Below are positions 18,001-24,000 of a stretch of 58,314 nt of DNA, piece after piece. The notes below the pieces were generated by a model. That model did not search any database. It saw nothing but the letters and a program-made list of their open reading frames with translations, and was not told the DNA's origin. This stretch comes from a virus, in the IMG/VR virus record IMGVR_UViG_3300017694_000094, positions 1-58,314 of that record; one strand, given 5' to 3'. A program made the position numbers and the translations under genes. The first letter of the stretch is position 1. The number at the start of each line of letters is the position of its first letter.

Positions 18001-21000
18001 ACACCCACTCCGAGAACTTGGCGCGCATGTCGCGCACCTTGTCCTGCGCGGCCTGCGTCTCGACCGGGTTGATGACGCGCTGCTCTTTGCCATCGGCGTC
18101 GCGATAGGTGTCGTAGATGTTGGTCTGCTGGCGGTTGAGCGCATCGTTCAGCAACTCGATCGCGTTGCGCCGGCCGGTGCCCCATTCCGTCGTCGCCGCC
18201 GCGCCGTAGGCGTTGCCATGCACGGACCACTGCGCCAGCTTCGGGCGATAGACCGCGTTGACGTTGCTCAGCCCCAGCGATTCCGCGAACTGCTGGATCA
18301 CCGGCGCGGGGATCCACGGCATTCCCAGATTGGCCGAGATGTCGGACGGTCCCAGCAAAGCCGGCTGCACCGCTTCCAGCGCGGCGACGTTCCGCCGCAG
18401 GTCGGGGTCGCGTGCCGCCTCCGCGCGCGCCATGTCCAACTTCTGGCGCACGTTGCCGGACAGGTACTGCTCGCGGGTCTGGTACGTCTCGCCCTGCCCT
18501 GGCACCCGGAACACGCTATTGCCCAGGTCCTCCAGCGCCTGACTGCGCGAGATGCCCGCGCGATCGGCAATCTCGCTGAGGTCGGGGCGGCCGGTCCGAT
18601 TCAGGACGTACAGCAGCGCGTCGTTCGCCGAGCGGATCTCCGGCACCGTCTCTTGGCTGACGACGTTACGGAAGAAGATCGCGCCCTTCTGCGCCTCGCC
18701 GGTATCGTCGTTGTAATGCTCGATCGACCGGAGGCGGTAGCCTTCCTGATCGTCCATGAAGGCGTCCACGTTCGGGCGCTTCACGATTACCTTGTCGGGC
18801 ATCTCTGCCGGGTCGAAGTCGCCCTCGTCCCACTCGCGGCCGAGCGCCGCCGCCGTCTCGCGCGCCGCGCGCCGCGCCGCCGCGATCTCCGCCAGCTTGG
18901 CATTCGGGTCTTCCGGCGTGAAGCTGCCCTCGTTGAAGAACCCGCCGGCAAGCCGCGCCTCTTCGCGCGCCTGCGCTCGCGCCGATTCCTGCTCGATCAC
19001 GGACGGGCGCTGGTAGCGGATCTCGGCCTTATTGATCGGGCCGAACTGCTGCACGAAGCGATCGTAATTGCTGTTCAGTTCAGCGCGCGCCGCTGTCGCC
19101 GCCGCGGTGTTGCTCGCCAAGTCGGCGGACAGCACCTTGCGAAGAGAGTCCCGAATTGGGACGAGGGCGCGGATGCGCTCCTGATCCGCCGCGGGGATGC
19201 CGCCCTTCACGCCCTTGCCGCGGCCCTCGACCGGCGAGCCAAGCCCGCCGCGCTGCTGCATCAGGCGACCGTCGCTGCCGACGTAGAACGATCCTTCCTT
19301 GCGCTCCGTCGTCTCGGTGTCGAAGTCGGTGGCCGGGCCGGTCCACGCGGCAATCTGCGTGCGCTCGGCGACGCGCTGGAGCGCGGCCGGCAAATCCTTC
19401 GCCATGTCCTGCCCGTCGCGCAGTCGGACACCGTAGCGCTCGCCGGCCGTCAGCAGGTCGAATAGCCCCTGCTCGCCCAGCACCTGATCGGGGTTCTCGA
19501 CGAAGTAGCTGTTGACTGCCGTCTCCGCCGTGCCGCCGCTGCGGGTTGGGAGCATAACATCGGTCGTGCCGACCCACTGGCGCGGACCGGGCGCGGCACC
19601 GGCCTCGCGCTTCTTCAGCACGATGATATCGGTCGTCACGTCCGTGCCTGCGTTCTCGCGGAACGCACCGCCCGGCAGCCGCACCGCGCCGACCAGATCC
19701 GCGCGCTCCGCCATCCACGCGCGCGCCTTGTCGCTCACCTTGTTCATGGTGCCGGCGCTGGTCACGAACATCAGCAGACCACCCGGCCGCACCGCATCCA
19801 GGCTCTTCGCGAAGAAGAAGTCGTGCAGCACGAACCCGAGATTGCCGTAATTCGGATCAGATCGGACCACCGTCTGCGAGAACGGCGGGTTGCCGATGAC
19901 GAGATCGTAGGTGTCGCGCGGGAGAACCCCCTGCGTGAAATCCGCCTGCCGGATACCCGACTGCGGGTAGAGAAGCTGGGCGATACGTGCCGTGATGCCG
20001 TCGAACTCGACGCCCTGGTACTGCGATCGCGCGGCGATCTCCGCCGGCATCATGCCGAGGAAATTGCCCGTACCCATGCCCGGCTCGAACACCTTGCCGC
20101 CGGTGAAGCCCATAGCCCGCACGGCGTCCCACATCGGCCGGATGATCTGCTCGGACGTGTAGTGCGCGTACTGCACCGACCGGCGAGCGGTGTCGTATTC
20201 CTCGTCGGTCAGCAGTTCGCGGACGCGCGGGCCGATCTTCTCGAACCCCTTGGAATAGCCGGAGCCGGTGTCGCTGAAGGCGTTCTTCAGGCCGCCCCAG
20301 CCGACATACTTGGCAAGCGCCGCCTGCTGCTCGCGCGTTGCCGGCGCGCCGCTGGCGTCGAGTTCGCGAACGATCTCGATCGCGCGCACGTTGTCCCGCG
20401 CCTTCTGCGCCGCGCCGCGCGCCTCGTCGAGCGCGCCCGGCTCGATACGCCAGTTCTCGCCGGTTACCCGTTCTGCCGCGCTGTCTCGGGCACCATCTCG
20501 CCGTCCACGTCCGGCGTCGGCTGCTCGGGCGGGAACTCGATCAGCGTCGACCGCACCTGCTGCTCGATCTCCCTCCGGCGCGCGTCGTCCTTCATCAGCC
20601 CGTTCGGATGCGTCGCCTCGCCCGCGCTCAGATCCTTGAACATCTGACCGGCTTCCTTCGCCTTCGCTTGCAGGTGCGCGTCCATCGCTCCGCTCTTGCG
20701 CAGCTGGTTGAACATCCGCGGCGCTTGATCCCGCATCGCGGTCAGATACTGCTCCTTGATCTCCACGGCCTTCCTCCTCGATCTGCGCGGCGCTGCTCAT
20801 GTCGCGAGCAATGGCGTCCATGCCTGGGTAATAACGCGCCGACTCGTAGAACGAGCGCAGATAAGGGCGCACGCTCTCGCCGATGTCGGCCACCATGCGG
20901 CTGCTGAAGTCGGCGAACTTGCGCGCGCCGGCCTCGATATGGAACACCGCCAGTTCCGCGCCCAGCGCCAGCACCTCGGGATCGATGCCCGAATTGATCT

Positions 21001-24000
21001 GGCCCATCTTGGCGCGCAGCTTCTCACGCAGGATCGCAGCGCGATCCGTGGTCACCAGCTTGTTGGATGCGCCGTAGGTTGCCGTCTCTCCGGCTGCCAC
21101 GCCCTTCGATGCGTTAGCGGCGGAACCCTCGCCCCGGCCGGAAGCGACATTCTGCTGCGCGCTTTCCTGCGCCTGCGCGGCCGGCGCGTCAACCCGGACG
21201 ATCGTGCCGCTCTTCAGCCCCTGCTCGATCTCATAATTGTTGAGCGAAGACGCGCCACCTGTCTCCACGTTGCGAAAGAACGCGCTGCGCTGGCCGGGGC
21301 GGCCATCGACCTCATAGGTGGTGCTGGCACCTTCGCGGCCTAGATACCCGACCGGGGCAGTGAAGACGTAGCGCTCGCCGCCACGAACCCAAGGGTTCGG
21401 GTTTTTCTTGTCCGTTGCTCGGCGCAGGGACGGCTTAGCCGCCGGGGCCGGGGCTGGTGTGACGACGGCCGGAGCGGGCGGGTTGAACCGCGTCATCATC
21501 TCTTCGACCGCGCGCTGCATGGCCTCGGCCTTGCCGAACCCACCGCCCGCGCCAGCCCCGCCCAGCGCGAAGGACACGGGCGATCCATCGTCCTGCGTGC
21601 GGACCGTCCAGCCCCGCGGCGTTTGCTCGACCCACACGGTCTTCCCGTACTGGCCGTCATAGTCGAAGTGGACGCGATCGCCGTTGTTGATCGCGGTGCG
21701 GGCTTCGGCCAGCGTCTTTGCCTCAACCGTCTTGGGGGCGGCAGGCTGCGGCGCAGGATCGCGCGCGCCCTGCTTCGCGCGCTGGTCGGCACGCGCCGTA
21801 TCCATCAAGTCGGGTTGGCCGGCGTTGTTGTCGAACAGCCCACCGTCGCTGCCAGCGGCTTTCTGCGCGACCGTCGCGCGCGAGCGGCCTTCGCTCTGGC
21901 GTTCTAGCGCGCGGCGCTGGTCGCCTTCGCGCTCGCCGAATGCGTCCGCTTGTACTGGTCGATCTTCCTGAGTTGCCCGGCCAGCTTCGCCGCGTCCTTC
22001 TGCTGCGCTGGCGACAGGCGGGGATGACTCGAAGCCTTCGACATTGCCGAAATCAGCGGAGCGAGGGGCGTCTTCGTCGAACGGGATGTCGAACGCTGCG
22101 TCGTCGGTTTGCTCATAAAAGTCCTCGCTCCGTGCCTCCGCCTTGCCGCGGAAATAATCCTCGACCGCTTCGAGCGAAGAACGCCCGTCAGCCATATACG
22201 CCGCAACGCCGTCGATGTCCTCGGCGGTCGCGTCGGTGATCCCGTATTCCTCCAGCCCGCGCTCGGCGAACACGCGCGCGCCCTCGCGGTCCGTCTCGTC
22301 CTGCCGCGCCGCCTTGCGATCGGCCACGTCCGCGGCGTCCGCCGGGCGGTACTGGTTCTCGAACGCGGAGCGATCCAGCATGTCTATGACCTGCCGCGTC
22401 GTCGGCCGCTCTTGGAAGTAGCCCGCCTCCGCCAGCAGTTCGCCGGCCTCGTCGAGCGTCATGCCGTTCTTGCGGAAGACGTGCCCGCCGCCCGGCGCGA
22501 ACTGCGATAGGTCGCGACTGCCCGCGCCCTGGTTGCGCGAGCGACGCTTCAGCGCATGGCCTTCGTCGTCGCGGATGCCGCCGTTGCGAGCGAGAAAGGT
22601 GACCGCATCCACCGGCGCAGTATCGCGCGTAGCGCGCGGCTTGGCGGCGGGGGGCGCTTGCTCTGCGGCCTCAACACGGCTGACGAAAGCGTCGGTGCTT
22701 TCCACCGGGGTCCGCGTCAGGCCCACACGCTCGGCGCGTTCGCGAAGATTGCCAGCCGGCGGTGGGGTGTTCGGCGCGGCGGGCGCGCCCTGCGGGTCCA
22801 GCTTGTTCGTGATCTGCTCGATCGCTTCAGCCGCGCCCATCACGTCACGGTTGGGCGGGCGAACCGCGCGCACCTCCGCCGCCTCGCCCATGACAGCGGC
22901 ATACGCGCCTTCGAGATACGAGAGCCGCGGGTTCCAGCCGGAGCCGCCGCCTTCGCGTGCCTTTACGACCGTGGACTGGTGACGATCGCTGATCTCGTAA
23001 TCGAGAATTGCCTGCACGTTACCGGCCTTGCCGACGCTCCAGCCATTAACCAGATCCTGCGCAACGGGGCTTTCGCGATGCGGCAGATCGCCCAGCGCGC
23101 TGGTCGCTCGCTTGAACTCCGTCGACTTCCATACCTTCTTGAACGTCGCGTCGTCGACCGCCTCGGAGGTGACAGGTTCTGTCACCCTCGCGCCCTGCTT
23201 CCGCATCTGATCTGCGCGTCGCGCGACCGCGGCGGCTTCCTCGACCGGCATACCGCCGGACAAGGTATCGCTGACCGCCATCTGTTGCGGCGACTGCTCT
23301 GCGGCTGGAGTGCTGACAGGAGTGACGCTGGATAGCGCCGCTTCGATCTCGCCGCGATACTTCGCGCTGTAGACCTGCGAGCCATCCTTGTTCACGACCG
23401 CGCGCGCCTTCGGGACCGCCTGCGCGATAGCCGCAAGCTGCGCCTCCGATGCGCCAGCGACGGCGATACCCTTGCCGCTCGGCGTCTCGGTGATCGTCGG
23501 CATGGTGACCGGGGCGGCGGCTGGCGGCGACACGACAGGATCTGTCCTATCGGCGACGGGCGCGGCCAGCGGCGCGGCTGGTTCCACTGTGGCATCAGCG
23601 ACGGGGGCGGGTTCCTGCTCAACTGCTGACGACGTGTCAGCAGCGGCGGGCGCGGCCGGCAACTCGACCTGCGCCGTTGACAGCGGCTCGTCCAGCAGGC
23701 GCGAGCGCTCGGCTTCCTCGATTGGCGCGGGCGGGGCGGCGTCGGCGGCGGTGCCGGCGGTGGCCCCGCGCTGCCCGCCGATGTGGCGCGCAGTCCATTC
23801 CATCGCCTGCGCGTTCGTCATGCCGGCGAACTGCGGGTTCGCTTTCACGATCGCACGGTCGACCGCCGCCGTGGGGTTGCGCGACATGCTGAGCGCGCCG
23901 CCCAGGCCGAAGTGATGCGCGGCGTACAGCGAGGCGTCGTCGACCGGGATGCCCGCGCGCGTCAGGCCCGCGGCGTTCTCTTCGGTCATGGCCCGCATCA

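Noticed and set aside
18218-19465. 415-aa plus-strand ORF antisense to the giant gene
   Set aside because: Same reasoning: no motifs and Arg/Leu-rich, and the real frame on the other strand is protein-like.
20460-20475. Canonical -1 programmed frameshift site at the end of frame-discordant stretch A
   Set aside because: There is no X XXY YYZ slippery heptamer; the sequence is CAG AAC GGG TAA CC. I noticed no obvious downstream hairpin, though I did not check systematically. Recoding remains possible but is not supported by known signals.
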